Assembly: GCA_934169575.1 (NCBI GenBank)
Contig: CAKPOA010000002.1
Span: forward strand, 46,494-110,493
Origin: an uncultured Clostridia bacterium
GTDB lineage: Bacteria; Bacillota; Clostridia; TANB77; CAG-508
Length of the DNA stretch: 64,000 nucleotides
Direction: 5' to 3'
The position numbers and the translations under genes are program-made. Positions 1-10,090 of the stretch are shown here, piece after piece. The number at the start of each line of letters is the position of its first letter. The stretch's first letter is position 1. The notes below the pieces were generated by a model, which did no database searches, was not told where the DNA came from, and saw nothing but the letters and a program-made list of their open reading frames with translations.

Positions 1-57
1 AAGGTCATTACTTTTCTCTGTAATAACTGGTGCAATTATAATTTCTTCTGGTAACAT
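1..57 (-). CDS. rplW: 50S ribosomal protein L23, first 19 codons only (gene runs off the window)
   Basis: Reverse complement of 1..57 reads MLPEEIIIAPVITEKSNDL, which is the conserved L23 N-terminus (PVITEKS). The ATG overlaps the rplD stop (TAATG). Position follows the S10-operon order. Confidence 0.7.
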   Translation of the reverse strand, partial: MLPEEIIIAPVITEKSNDL

Positions 58-680
58 TAAGCGTACACCTCCTCTATTTTCTTAACAGAATCAAGTGGTA
101 ATACTAAATTTGTATATTTTAATAAATCATAAATATTTATTTCATTTACTAATATTACTTTTGCATCTTTTATATTGTTTGTTGATGCTTGAACATTTAT
201 ATTTTTTTCTGGTAATATTACTAATGTTTTTCCAGATACTTTTAAATCTGAAAAAGCTTTAACCATTGATTTTGTTTTTATTTCTTTTAAATTTAATGTA
301 TCAACTACTGTTAATTCATTTTCTAACACTTTAGAACTTAATACAGATCTAATTGCTAATCTCTTTTCTTTTTTATTTACACTATATTTATATGAACGTG
401 GTTTTGGTCCTAATGCAATACCACCTTTAATCCATTGTGGTGCTCTTATACTTCCTTGTCTTGCACGACCTGTTCCTTTTTGTCTCCATGGTTTTTTACC
501 ACCACCACGAACTTCTGCTCTAGTTTTTGTACTTTGAGTACCTTGTCTTTGATTAGCTAAGTAGTTTACAAGTACACTATGTACTATAGTTTCATTTGGT
601 TCAATTCCAAATACTTTTTCATTTAATTCTACATCACTAACCTTTTTACCATTTATATCATAAACATCTATTTTTGGCAT
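57..680 (-). CDS. rplD: 50S ribosomal protein L4
   Basis: 207-aa ORF with the L4 signature RGGGKKPWRQKGTGRARQGS. Lies between rplC and rplW. Confidence 0.97.
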   Translation of the reverse strand: MPKIDVYDINGKKVSDVELNEKVFGIEPNETIVHSVLVNYLANQRQGTQSTKTRAEVRGGGKKPWRQKGTGRARQGSIRAPQWIKGGIALGPKPRSYKYSVNKKEKRLAIRSVLSSKVLENELTVVDTLNLKEIKTKSMVKAFSDLKVSGKTLVILPEKNINVQASTNNIKDAKVILVNEINIYDLLKYTNLVLPLDSVKKIEEVYA

Positions 681-698
681 TTTCTATATCCTCCTTTC

Positions 699-1334
699 TT
701 AATTTGCAGCCTTAACTGTTGATTTTATTTTTAATATTGCACCTTTACATCCAGGTACACTACCTTTTACTAATATAACATTTTTGTCCATATCAATTTT
801 TACAACATCTAAGTTTTGTATTGTAACTGTAACTCTTCCCATATGTCCTGGTAATTTTTTACCTTTAAATACTCTACCTGGTGTAGATGTTGCACCCATT
901 GAACCTGGTCTTCTATGATACATAGAACCGTGTCCCATAGGTCCTCTATGTTGACCATGTCTTTTTATAACACCTTGGAATCCTTTACCTTTTGATATTC
1001 CTTGGATATCTACTCTTTCACCTTCTTGGAATATATCTGCTTTTATTTCATCTCCAACTTTTACACCTTCAATTGAATCTAATCTAAATTCTCTTAAATG
1101 TTTTTTGTTGTCAATTTTTGATTTTGCAAAATGTCCCATCTCTGGTTTATTCATATGTTTTGTTTTAACTTCTCCAAATCCTAATTGTAGTGCATTGTAT
1201 CCTTCTTTTTCTACAGTTTTTACTTGTGCTACTACACATGGACCTGCTTCAATAACTGTTACTGGAATAACATTTCCTTTTTCGTCAAATATTTGTGTCA
1301 TTCCAACTTTTCTACCTATTATTCCTTTTTTCAT
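699..1334 (-). CDS. rplC: 50S ribosomal protein L3
   Basis: 211-aa ORF with [22 protein letters not shown] and other typical L3 motifs. Follows rpsJ. Confidence 0.97.
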   Translation of the reverse strand: MKKGIIGRKVGMTQIFDEKGNVIPVTVIEAGPCVVAQVKTVEKEGYNALQLGFGEVKTKHMNKPEMGHFAKSKIDNKKHLREFRLDSIEGVKVGDEIKADIFQEGERVDIQGISKGKGFQGVIKRHGQHRGPMGHGSMYHRRPGSMGATSTPGRVFKGKKLPGHMGRVTVTIQNLDVVKIDMDKNVILVKGSVPGCKGAILKIKSTVKAAN

Positions 1335-1393
1335 AATTTTTTCATTCCTTCCTATTGGCTGACATATGCCAGCATTGGTTTTTTATTTATTAA

Positions 1394-1717
1394 TTATAAT
1401 TTTATTTCAATATCTACACCTGCTGGTAATTCTAATTTCATTAAAGAATCTACAGTTTTTTGTGATGGATATAGAATATCGATTACTCTTTTATGAGTTC
1501 TCATTTCAAATTGTTCTCTTGAATCTTTATGTTTATGTGGAGAACGAATTACTGTTACTATTTCCTTTTTTGTAGGTAATGGAATAGGTCCTGAAACTTT
1601 AGCTCCTGTCTTTTTAGCAGTATCTACTATTTTTGCAGCAGACTGTTCTAAAATAGATGGTTCATAAGCTTTTATCCTTATTCTAATTTTTTCGCTTGCA
1701 ACAACTGTTTTTGCCAT
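1394..1717 (-). CDS. rpsJ: 30S ribosomal protein S10
   Basis: 107-aa ORF with IRIRIKAYE and [22 protein letters not shown], which are S10 motifs. First gene of the S10 operon; RBS GGAGGG lies upstream. Confidence 0.97.
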   Translation of the reverse strand: MAKTVVASEKIRIRIKAYEPSILEQSAAKIVDTAKKTGAKVSGPIPLPTKKEIVTVIRSPHKHKDSREQFEMRTHKRVIDILYPSQKTVDSLMKLELPAGVDIEIKL

Positions 1718-1938
1718 ACTAAATTTCCCTCCTTCTAAAATTTCTTTGAATATAGCTTGGCAAGTAGTAACGTACCCTGGTGTTTTGTGATATACCAGTA
1801 TAAAATCCCAATGTATGATAATTGGGATAAGTATTTACCTTTAAACTTACCGCCTGGTCTATGCCATGACATACTCCACTGAAGTTCCCTCCACTTTTAC
1901 TGTGTAGCCACATTCAGCTTCAACGCTAAAATTCATAC
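1718..1938 (-). promoter_or_regulatory. Putative structured 5' leader of the S10 operon, with an attenuator-like hairpin
   Basis: About 220 nt between a consensus promoter and rpsJ, visibly more GC-rich than its surroundings. Several hairpins are readable on the minus strand: ATCCCAAT-N8-ATTGGGAT followed by TTTTAT, CTGGT-N12-ACCAG, and GGTAAGT-N12-ACTTATC. The 64-aa ORF predicted here has no RBS. Confidence 0.4.
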
Positions 1939-1944
1939 TGTAAT

Positions 1945-1973
1945 ATTATATATCCTATTTTTCCATCTGTCAA
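1945..1973 (-). promoter_or_regulatory. Sigma-A type promoter of the S10 operon
   Basis: Minus strand reads TTGACA (1973..1968), a 17-nt spacer, then TATAAT (1950..1945). Both hexamers match consensus perfectly. Confidence 0.65.
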
Positions 1974-2815
1974 GTACTTTTCAGAATATTTTTTACATAA
2001 TTATATCCTGTTTTATATAGCATATCAATTTTACTACTATCTAATAAAGAAATTTTAGGTAAAGGAATATTTATTATATTTTGAATACCGCATTTTTCAT
2101 ATATTGAAAGTTCATGGCAAACCAAGTCTAAAGAGCGAATTGCAATTTCAATCATATTTTCAAATTCATCATCTTCATCTAAAATTGTTTGAAAGCCAAT
2201 TCCTAAAACTTGATCAGCTCCTATATCAATTAATTCTTTCCATGGTAAATTTTCCCTAATTCCACCATCAACCAACCTAACACCTTTATATTCACAAGGT
2301 GAAATAACAGCTGGATAGCTGCAACTTGCTCTTACAGCCTTCCCTATTGGCATATCATATATATATTTTATATCATCTGAATATGTTTTTCTATTTTGTA
2401 TAGATGATGCAATATATACAGTTCCAGTTTTAAGATTTACCATTGGAATTAATAATGGCATTTTTATATCTGTAATTTTTCTAATATTTTTTTCAATACA
2501 TATTTCATTTATCAATTTTTCAATGATTTTTCCACTATTTAATCCATCAACAACAAGTTTTCCTCTAAACATAAGCCCAAATATTATTTCAAAAAATTTT
2601 AAAGGTTCAATATATTTTATTTTTCTAGCATATCTTTTGAAAATTTCTAACATTTCATCACTTGTATATCCTAAGGCATATAGTGTTGCAATAATACTTC
2701 CTGAAGATGTTCCTGATACATATTCAAATTTCATATTTTTTTCTTCTATTGCCTTTAATGCACCAATATGTGCTGCAGCTTTTATGCCACCACCTGAAAA
2801 ACATAAACCATTCAT
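1970..2815 (-). CDS. Patatin-like phospholipase
   Basis: Contains GGGIKAAAHIGAL (GxGxxG), GTSSGSI (GxSxG nucleophile) and DGG. I take the start as the internal ATG at 2815 (MNGLCFSGGG), which has an AAAGGA RBS. Confidence 0.85.
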   Translation of the reverse strand: MNGLCFSGGGIKAAAHIGALKAIEEKNMKFEYVSGTSSGSIIATLYALGYTSDEMLEIFKRYARKIKYIEPLKFFEIIFGLMFRGKLVVDGLNSGKIIEKLINEICIEKNIRKITDIKMPLLIPMVNLKTGTVYIASSIQNRKTYSDDIKYIYDMPIGKAVRASCSYPAVISPCEYKGVRLVDGGIRENLPWKELIDIGADQVLGIGFQTILDEDDEFENMIEIAIRSLDLVCHELSIYEKCGIQNIINIPLPKISLLDSSKIDMLYKTGYNYVKNILKST

Positions 2816-2956
2816 ATAAATTTTCCTTTCAAAAACTAATTTAATAAACCAAAAAAGTAGGAATATACCACATATTATTCTATTGACAAGCAAAAAAGTT
2901 TTGTTGTAAAATAAAATTACTAATATAAATAATTATATGAGGGGGTGTATTTATTT

Positions 2957-3679
2957 ATGTTAAATTTTTGTGCAATTGATGATGACACAGAAACATTAAA
3001 TAATTTAGCAAAAATGCTTGAAACAATTTTTATGCAACATGATATAGATGCAAGTTTAGTTTTAAAAACATCTAATGCTGATGAATTGTTGAGTTTCGCA
3101 AATAGTAATAAAATTGATGTTTTATTTTTAGATATAGATTTATGTCAAAATTGTTCTGGATTAGATTTAGCAGAGAAAATTAGAAAAAATGATAAAGACT
3201 GTTATTTTATTTTTGTGTCTGCTTATCCAGAATATGTTTTTCAAACCTTTAGTCATAAAACCTTTGATTTTATTTTCAAACCTTTTGCTTTGCAAAGAAT
3301 TGAAAAGTGTGTTTTGCGTCTTGTAGATGATATTGTTAGTTCACCAAAAAGATTTATTAGAATCAATAATAAAAATACTATAATTGATGAGAGAGAAATT
3401 CAATATATTAAAAGAGATGGTATGAAAGTTGTTTTTCATACTAAACTTTGTGATTATGAAATATATAGTTCTATTTCAAAAATAGAATCAAAACTTCCAG
3501 ATAACTTTGTTAGATGTCATAAATCATTTATTGCTAACATTGATAATATTACTAGAATTGAACCATCAAATAATCTAATTTATTTTAATTCTTCAATATG
3601 TGATATTGGTCCGAAATATAAAGCTCATTTTATAGAACAAGTTCAGTCGTCAGAAAAAATCTATGAAAATCTCATATAA
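2957..3679 (+). CDS. LytTR-family response regulator (REC + LytTR DNA-binding domain)
   Basis: N-terminal receiver (DVLFLDIDL) and C-terminal LytTR motif (FVRCHKSFIANIDNI). ATG at 2957 follows the RBS GAGGGGG; the ORF track starts at GTG 2945. Confidence 0.85.
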   Translation: MLNFCAIDDDTETLNNLAKMLETIFMQHDIDASLVLKTSNADELLSFANSNKIDVLFLDIDLCQNCSGLDLAEKIRKNDKDCYFIFVSAYPEYVFQTFSHKTFDFIFKPFALQRIEKCVLRLVDDIVSSPKRFIRINNKNTIIDEREIQYIKRDGMKVVFHTKLCDYEIYSSISKIESKLPDNFVRCHKSFIANIDNITRIEPSNNLIYFNSSICDIGPKYKAHFIEQVQSSEKIYENLI

Positions 3680-3693
3680 TTTTCATAGATTTT

Positions 3694-4722
3694 TTACATA
3701 TATGTACATAATACACTTTCAAGTCCTATTGATAAATCAATTAATCCTATTTTTGATTTATAATCTAATTCATATAATTCTTGTAAAATCTTTTTAAGCT
3801 CGCTTGTTTTAAAATACCCTGCCTGCATTTTATATTTATTTGCCAAAAACACTTGATTTGGTTTAAGTTCCAAACTTGAAACTATGTCTTTATTTGATTT
3901 TATAGCTATTTTAGTTAAATATATTTTTCTAAAATGATTATATAATGTTATTAAAATCTTTTGAAGGGGCTCTTTTGATAAAACCAAATTTCTTAAAACA
4001 TCTATAGCTTGTTTTGTATTCTTTTTTCCTAAATTATCTGTTAAATCAAAAATAATACTTTCAATTTTTTTTATTGATAATTTATCTATATCTTGTTTTG
4101 TTATTGTATTTCCTTTTCCTTCATATTCAATTAATTTTCTTATTTCATTTACAAGTTCTTGCATATCAGTACCACAACATTCAATAAAATAATCTATAGT
4201 TGTTTTATCAATATTGACACCATATAAATTTGCTATATTTTTAATTCTTGTTTGAATTTGAAAAGGTTTTAAATATTCAGACTTACAAACTATTCCATGT
4301 TTTTCAAATATATTTAATAATTCACATTTTTCTGCTGTTTCTTCAATAAATACAAGAACAACATCTTTTTTTAGTATATCTATATTTTCTTCTAAATAAC
4401 TTGTTAATTTTACCTTTATATTTGAATTATCATTTTTTGTTTTTTTCTTTGCATCTTTCTTAAATAAGCCTGTATTTTTTGCAACAATTAATTTTCTTTC
4501 AAATCCAAATGCTGGTGTTTGTATATCAGATATAATTTCATTCACATTATTTTCATCAATTAACACAAAATTTATTCCAGCAATTTTCTCACCAAATAAT
4601 TTTTCAATATTTTTCACACAATTATTAATCAAGTACTTTTCTTCACCATATAGTAAATATAAACTTCCTAATATTCCTTGTTTCAGACTCTTTTCTAATT
4701 CTTCAATTTTCAAAATATTCAC
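3694..4722 (-). CDS. holA: DNA polymerase III delta subunit
   Basis: 342 aa. The N-terminus LYLLYGEEKYL and the overall length and pattern are typical of HolA. Confidence 0.8.
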   Translation of the reverse strand: MNILKIEELEKSLKQGILGSLYLLYGEEKYLINNCVKNIEKLFGEKIAGINFVLIDENNVNEIISDIQTPAFGFERKLIVAKNTGLFKKDAKKKTKNDNSNIKVKLTSYLEENIDILKKDVVLVFIEETAEKCELLNIFEKHGIVCKSEYLKPFQIQTRIKNIANLYGVNIDKTTIDYFIECCGTDMQELVNEIRKLIEYEGKGNTITKQDIDKLSIKKIESIIFDLTDNLGKKNTKQAIDVLRNLVLSKEPLQKILITLYNHFRKIYLTKIAIKSNKDIVSSLELKPNQVFLANKYKMQAGYFKTSELKKILQELYELDYKSKIGLIDLSIGLESVLCTYM

Positions 4723-4733
4723 TTCCTAATATT

Positions 4734-4925
4734 ATAAGTCATTTAAAATTTATTACCAAATATATGTATAAATTTTTTTCATACTTTGCAGTCGCAATTT
4801 TCTTATTAAAATTCAACATAATGAAAATTGCTCCAATCGCACTCGCTACGCTCGTTTGATCGCTTACGCAGTATTTCAAAAAATTCATCCATATATTTTG
4901 TTTTAAATCATTTTATGCTGATATA
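4734..4925 (-). repeat. MITE-like intergenic repeat, copy A (inverted relative to copies B and C)
   Basis: The core 4774..4885 is the reverse complement of the cores at 14851..14950 and 24655..24765 (shared ...ACTGCGTAAGCGATCAAACGAGCGTAGCGAGTGCGATTGGAGCAATTTTCAT...GCGACTGCAAAGTATGAAAAA). The ends are more degenerate than in B and C, so boundaries are approximate. Confidence 0.75.
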
Positions 4926-4928
4926 TAT

Positions 4929-5420
4929 CTATAATTTTTCAGAAAATCTATATGAATGTGCATGACAAATTGCAATTGCCATACTATCTGTTGTATCATC
5001 TAACTTTGGCAAATTTTCCTCATTTAAAATCATTTTCACCATATGTTGAATTTGCATTTTATTAGCTCGCCCATATCCCACAACCGCTTGTTTTATCTGA
5101 AGTGGTGTATATTCATAAATAGGCAAGTTATTAATTTTAGCAGTTACTAAAATTACACCTCTTGCTTGTGCAACATTTATAGCTGTTTTTGCATTATTAT
5201 TAAAAAATAGTTCTTCTATTGACATTGCATCTGGTTTATATTTTTTTATTATTTCTTGTAATTCATTATAAATCTGTTCTAATCTTAATGGAAAGGAAGT
5301 ATGTGCTTCTGTTAATATTGCACCAGAATCTATTAAATTAAATTTATTTCCAATATAATCTATTATACTATATCCTGTTATTGCAAACCCTGGGTCAATC
5401 CCTAAAATCCTCATTTTCAA
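4929..5420 (-). CDS. ruvC: Crossover junction endodeoxyribonuclease RuvC
   Basis: 163 aa. MRILGIDPG at the N-terminus and DAMAIAICH-type C-terminal motifs (DSMAIAICHAH). Confidence 0.93.
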   Translation of the reverse strand: MKMRILGIDPGFAITGYSIIDYIGNKFNLIDSGAILTEAHTSFPLRLEQIYNELQEIIKKYKPDAMSIEELFFNNNAKTAINVAQARGVILVTAKINNLPIYEYTPLQIKQAVVGYGRANKMQIQHMVKMILNEENLPKLDDTTDSMAIAICHAHSYRFSEKL

Positions 5421-5484
5421 TCACATTCCTTTATTAAATTATAAACTTGGTTGGAAAACTCAAATTATTTTCCAACCTTTTTTA

Positions 5485-7518
5485 CTAATAAATAATTCTA
5501 AACACTTCTGCCACACTCCAAGCCTGTGCAATTGCACCTTTTGGTTCAAAAGGTGTTTTAGAATCATATAATTCTGAAATAGAACCTATGCAACCTCTTT
5601 CAAATAACTCTTTTTTAAAAGTCTTTTTAGTTTTTTCTTTAAATTTCATAATCTTATTTTCCATTTCTTGTTTTATATCTTTATCTGTTTGAGCATTTTT
5701 TATATTAATTAACGAATTATAATATAGGCCTAATAGCCATGTCCAAGTAGGTCCTTGATGATAACTCATATCTCTTTTAAAATTATCTCCATCATATATA
5801 TCAACAAAACCTTTTTCGTTTTTTGCTAAAGTTTTTAAGCCATAATTGTTTAATAATTTTTTTTCAACAGTTGAGATAATATTTTTTGCCATTATAGAAT
5901 CAGGTTCAATCACCGGATATGTTAAACTTAATGCAAATAATTGGTTTGGTCTAACTTTTTTATCACCAATGAAATCATATAAACATTTTTTTCTTGGATA
6001 GTAAAATTTTTCTTCAAAAGATTTTTTACATCTTTCTGCCAATTCCTCATATTTTTTTGCTTCAATTTTTCTACCGAATTTTTCAAATTTTTTAATTAAA
6101 CTTGCCATTATCATTAAAGCATTATACCACATTGCATTTATCTCAACAACTTTACCATATCTAGGGGTTGCCACAATGTTCATACATTTAGCATCCATCC
6201 ATGTATTTTGTGTATCTTTATGTCCAGAATATATTAACCAATCTGTATCAAGATATATATTATTATTTGAAAATGTTATACCATCAATATAATTTTTCAT
6301 AATTTTCTTTAGTTTAGGATAAATATCTTTCTTTATAAATCCATAATCTTCTGTATAATCCAAATATTTTTTTACTTGTTCAAATAATAATAAAGAACTA
6401 TCAACACTATTATATAGTGGACTATTAGTACTATCAGAATATCCATTTGGAATTAATCCATATTTTATATCTCTTGTTAATGTTAATAATACCTCTTTTG
6501 CAATATCATATTGTCTTGTTCTTAATAACAAACCTTCAAAAGATATTAAAGAATCTCTTCCCCAATCTGCAAACCAAGGATATCCTGCAATTATTGTATG
6601 TAATCCGAAAGAAGGTCTGTATACAATAAAATTATCTATTGCAGTTAAAAATGTTCTTTTTAATTCATTTTCTTCTTTTTCCTTTTTGCTCGTTTCTTTT
6701 TTATTAATCATTAATGTTGTGTTAAAAAATTCACTTTGCCTTATAATTTCATTATTTATCAATTTTTTAGAATCTATTTCATCAATATTTTCTTCTAAAG
6801 AGCAAATAAATGCAACTTCTTTTTCTTCTTCTGGTTCAATTTCAATTTCAAATCTACCACTTACTATATGATTTTCTTCAGGAAAAAATCCCCTTTTTTC
6901 TTCTTCTATATAAAACATATTTTTAAATATATCATTATGATGTTCTATATATTTTCCATCTGTTATTCTCATATAAATTGGTGTTGAAATATTATCATCA
7001 ACAATAATTTTTATTTTATTATTTTCTATTTCTTGTTTCAAAGAAAAATTATGATTAGTATTCATTTCGTGCGAATCACGCATATTTATAACAGGTGCTA
7101 GAGTAAGTTTTATTTTTTTACTTCCATTTCTAATCTTATAAAATACCTGAACTGTGTTTTGTTCATATATCATACAAATATTTTTAGAAATATTTACATC
7201 TTCTACTTTAAATTTAAATATTGGCAACATATCTTTTGTAAATGATTCCATATATTTAAATCCTTGTGAGATATATTCTTTTCCTACATTTGTAAATAAT
7301 TCATATTTTTTTTCATTGATCTCTACACTTTCATCTAATTTTGAAAGTACCAACATTCTTTCTGCTGGTGGTTTAATTGGTGCAACTAGTAACCCATGAT
7401 ATCTTCTTGTATTTGCCCCAATTACTGTAGAAGAAGCATATCCTCCTATTCCATTTGTTATAATCCATTCTTTTTTTAAACCTTTTTCTAACCCTAAGTT
7501 TTCTTTTTCTAAAATCAT
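5485..7518 (-). CDS. Glycogen debranching enzyme (amylo-alpha-1,6-glucosidase family)
   Basis: 677 aa. GYPWFADWGRDSLISFEGLLL matches the GDE_C core. The N-terminal GGYASSTVIGANTRRYHGLL matches the GDE N-terminal domain. Confidence 0.85.
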   Translation of the reverse strand: MILEKENLGLEKGLKKEWIITNGIGGYASSTVIGANTRRYHGLLVAPIKPPAERMLVLSKLDESVEINEKKYELFTNVGKEYISQGFKYMESFTKDMLPIFKFKVEDVNISKNICMIYEQNTVQVFYKIRNGSKKIKLTLAPVINMRDSHEMNTNHNFSLKQEIENNKIKIIVDDNISTPIYMRITDGKYIEHHNDIFKNMFYIEEEKRGFFPEENHIVSGRFEIEIEPEEEKEVAFICSLEENIDEIDSKKLINNEIIRQSEFFNTTLMINKKETSKKEKEENELKRTFLTAIDNFIVYRPSFGLHTIIAGYPWFADWGRDSLISFEGLLLRTRQYDIAKEVLLTLTRDIKYGLIPNGYSDSTNSPLYNSVDSSLLLFEQVKKYLDYTEDYGFIKKDIYPKLKKIMKNYIDGITFSNNNIYLDTDWLIYSGHKDTQNTWMDAKCMNIVATPRYGKVVEINAMWYNALMIMASLIKKFEKFGRKIEAKKYEELAERCKKSFEEKFYYPRKKCLYDFIGDKKVRPNQLFALSLTYPVIEPDSIMAKNIISTVEKKLLNNYGLKTLAKNEKGFVDIYDGDNFKRDMSYHQGPTWTWLLGLYYNSLINIKNAQTDKDIKQEMENKIMKFKEKTKKTFKKELFERGCIGSISELYDSKTPFEPKGAIAQAWSVAEVFRIIY

Positions 7519-7530
7519 TTGTTACCTCCA

Positions 7531-9126
7531 TTATTTTTTTGCCATGTTGTTGTTAAATTTCTTAAGCATTTCTTTTCTTATTTTTTCATAATTTTCGATT
7601 TTAATTGATTCTTCTTTTTGTTCAACATTATTTTTTCTTCTTTGAATATTTTGCTCAGATTCTCTAATAGATTTTATTCTTTCATCATATTTATTTGCAA
7701 ATTTACTTTTACTTTTTATACGTTTAGGTTTATTATTTTTTCCATTTTTTTGTTTTTTTAATGCTTTTTTCTGTTTCTTACTTATTTCTTTATCAGCTTT
7801 TAATTTTGTATTCATTAATAAGTATTCTGGTTCATTTTGCTTGTCCATATATTTAAAGTCATCACATATCATTTGGATTACAATATCTGCAATCATTGTT
7901 GCATTATGTCTTATACAATTTTCAGAAACAACAGATAAATCTTTTTTAATAAATTTTATTTTTTTATCTTTAATATCTTGTAAATTTTGTTCAACTAAAT
8001 CTGCACCATCTCTATTATATCTTTTCAAAATTTCTGGTATAATCTCACCTGTATCATATAAACAATAATCAATCAATCCTTCTCCGCAATGTTCTGTTAT
8101 ACTATTTATATGATCTGCAACAGAATAATTATCTGTTAGTCCAGGTTCTGTCATTATATTACAAACATATATTTTTTTTGCATTACTTTCTTTAATTGCT
8201 CTTGATATTCCTTTTACAAGTAAATTAGGAATAACATTTGTATATAAACTTCCAGGTCCAATTATTATACTATCTGCATTTTTTATAGCTTCAATTACTC
8301 CAGGGGTAGGTCGGCAATTTGATGGACTTAAGTAAACTCTATTAATCTTGGTTAATTTATCATATACCATTGATGCTATTTTTGATTTTTCTTCAACAAC
8401 ATATCCATTTCCAAGTTCAGCACATATTTTTATTTTGTCTTCTGTTATTGGTAAAACCTTACCATAAATTTTAAATATTTCATTACTATTTTTTACTGCT
8501 TCTGCAAGCCCATTTGATATATCTTTTATTGCCTCAAAATATATATCTGAAAAAGCTATTCCCTTTAAATAACCTTCTTTAAATCTATAATTAAACAATT
8601 CTAACATTTTACTATTTTCATGTAATGAAAGTGCTGCAATTCCATTTTTTATATCTTCTAGTTGTAGATATTTCATTTTATCATTATCTTTCGTAAGTGT
8701 TTCACCATAATTTGATACAGTCACAATTGCAGTTATATTACTTGTATATTTTTTAAACCCTTCAAGTAAAGTATTTAATCCACTTCCTCCTCCAATTATT
8801 ACAATATTAGGTCCATCATCATAAATTTTTTTATTAAATATCAATGAATTAACATTTATCTTTTTGTTGCTTCTTGATCTTTGGTCTGTTGATTCAATAA
8901 ATAATTCCATTGCTCTTTTATTAAAAAATATCATTCCTAAAATTATGCAAGTAAATCCTACTACAAAATATATTATTATTTTCGCTGCATGTTTAAATGT
9001 TATTGAATCTGTTGATACAATAATATTAGCCATACCAAATGATGCAAATACAACTCCAACTAAAATAAGCATCATCCATCTTTTCATTTTAGAACTATCT
9101 TTAAACCATCCAAATATTTTTTTCAT
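7531..9126 (-). CDS. YvcK/CofD-like (gluconeogenesis-factor family) protein with N-terminal membrane anchor and Lys-rich C-terminal tail
   Basis: Core IVIIGGGSGLNTLLEGFK and GPGSLYTNVIPNLLV are YvcK-type motifs. About 100 extra N-terminal residues form two hydrophobic helices. About 100 extra C-terminal residues are K/E-rich. Confidence 0.7.
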   Translation of the reverse strand: MKKIFGWFKDSSKMKRWMMLILVGVVFASFGMANIIVSTDSITFKHAAKIIIYFVVGFTCIILGMIFFNKRAMELFIESTDQRSRSNKKINVNSLIFNKKIYDDGPNIVIIGGGSGLNTLLEGFKKYTSNITAIVTVSNYGETLTKDNDKMKYLQLEDIKNGIAALSLHENSKMLELFNYRFKEGYLKGIAFSDIYFEAIKDISNGLAEAVKNSNEIFKIYGKVLPITEDKIKICAELGNGYVVEEKSKIASMVYDKLTKINRVYLSPSNCRPTPGVIEAIKNADSIIIGPGSLYTNVIPNLLVKGISRAIKESNAKKIYVCNIMTEPGLTDNYSVADHINSITEHCGEGLIDYCLYDTGEIIPEILKRYNRDGADLVEQNLQDIKDKKIKFIKKDLSVVSENCIRHNATMIADIVIQMICDDFKYMDKQNEPEYLLMNTKLKADKEISKKQKKALKKQKNGKNNKPKRIKSKSKFANKYDERIKSIRESEQNIQRRKNNVEQKEESIKIENYEKIRKEMLKKFNNNMAKK

Positions 9127-9154
9127 TAATAAACAAATCCTTTCAATATTAAGT

Positions 9155-10061
9155 TTATATTATTTCTACTTCTTCTTCTATTTTTACATGATAATTTTTA
9201 TATACTTTATTTTTTGTATATTGTATTAAATCTAATATATCTTTTGATGTTGCATTTCCTTTGTTTATTATAAATCCTGCATGTTTTTCTGAAATTTGTG
9301 CTCCTCCAATTGAATATCCTTTTAATCCACATTTTTCAATCAATTCTGCTGTTATAAATCCATTTCCTCTTTTAAATGTACTGCCAGCAGATGGATATTC
9401 TAATGGTTGTTTTTCTTTTCGTTGTTTCATTATATTTTCCATAACATTTTCTATTTTTTCACAATTGCCTTTTTTTAATTTTAATTTTACCTCTAAAATT
9501 ATATATTCATTATTTTGAAAAATACTTTTTCTATAACCTAACTCTTGTTCATTATTTAAGAAAATTTTTATTTTTCCATTTCTGTCTATACATTTTGTTT
9601 GGATAATTATATCTTTCATTTCTTTATTATATGAACCTGCATTCATTCTGTTTGCTCCACCTATAGTTCCGAGGAATTCCAGATAATTCTTCAAAACCCG
9701 ATATTCCATTTTTCTTTAATATTTGTGCCAATCCCATCATTTTAACACCAGCACCAACTGTTACGATTACATTTTTTTTATCATTTTCTATATCTATATT
9801 TTTTATATCTATTTTTAATACAATTCCCTTTATCCCCTCATCTTTTACAACTAAATTACTTCCATTACCAATTATATACAATGGTATTTGTTCTTCTTGG
9901 GCTAGTTTTAAAATTTCTTTTATTTTTTCTATTGAATCTGCTTTAATACAATATTCTGCCTTTCCTCCTGTTTTAAATGTTGTATGTTTATACATTGGTT
10001 CATTATATTTAACATTTTCTTTAGATACAATTTGTTCTAACCTCTTTCCTATTGAATCCAT
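9155..10061 (-). pseudogene. murB: UDP-N-acetylenolpyruvoylglucosamine reductase, split by a 1-nt frameshift near 9671
   Basis: Two overlapping ORFs, 9627..10061 (N-terminal FAD domain, TFKTGGKAEY, IIGNGSNL) and 9155..9709. The expected junction GIPGTIGGANRMNAGSY is restored by skipping one base in CCTCGGAAC. Confidence 0.8.
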
Positions 10062-10090
10062 TTTTTAAGCCCTTCCTTCCTAAAAGCACC

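Noticed and set aside
1719-1913. 64-aa minus-strand ORF between the promoter and rpsJ
   Set aside because: It has no RBS and its composition is unlike neighbouring proteins. It lies entirely within the hairpin-rich S10 leader, so I treat it as non-coding.
4823-4861. Tiny ORF MKIAPIAL... inside the MITE core (present in all three copies)
   Set aside because: It has no RBS. The length and C-terminus differ among copies (12-17 codons). Conservation is better explained at the nucleotide or structure level.
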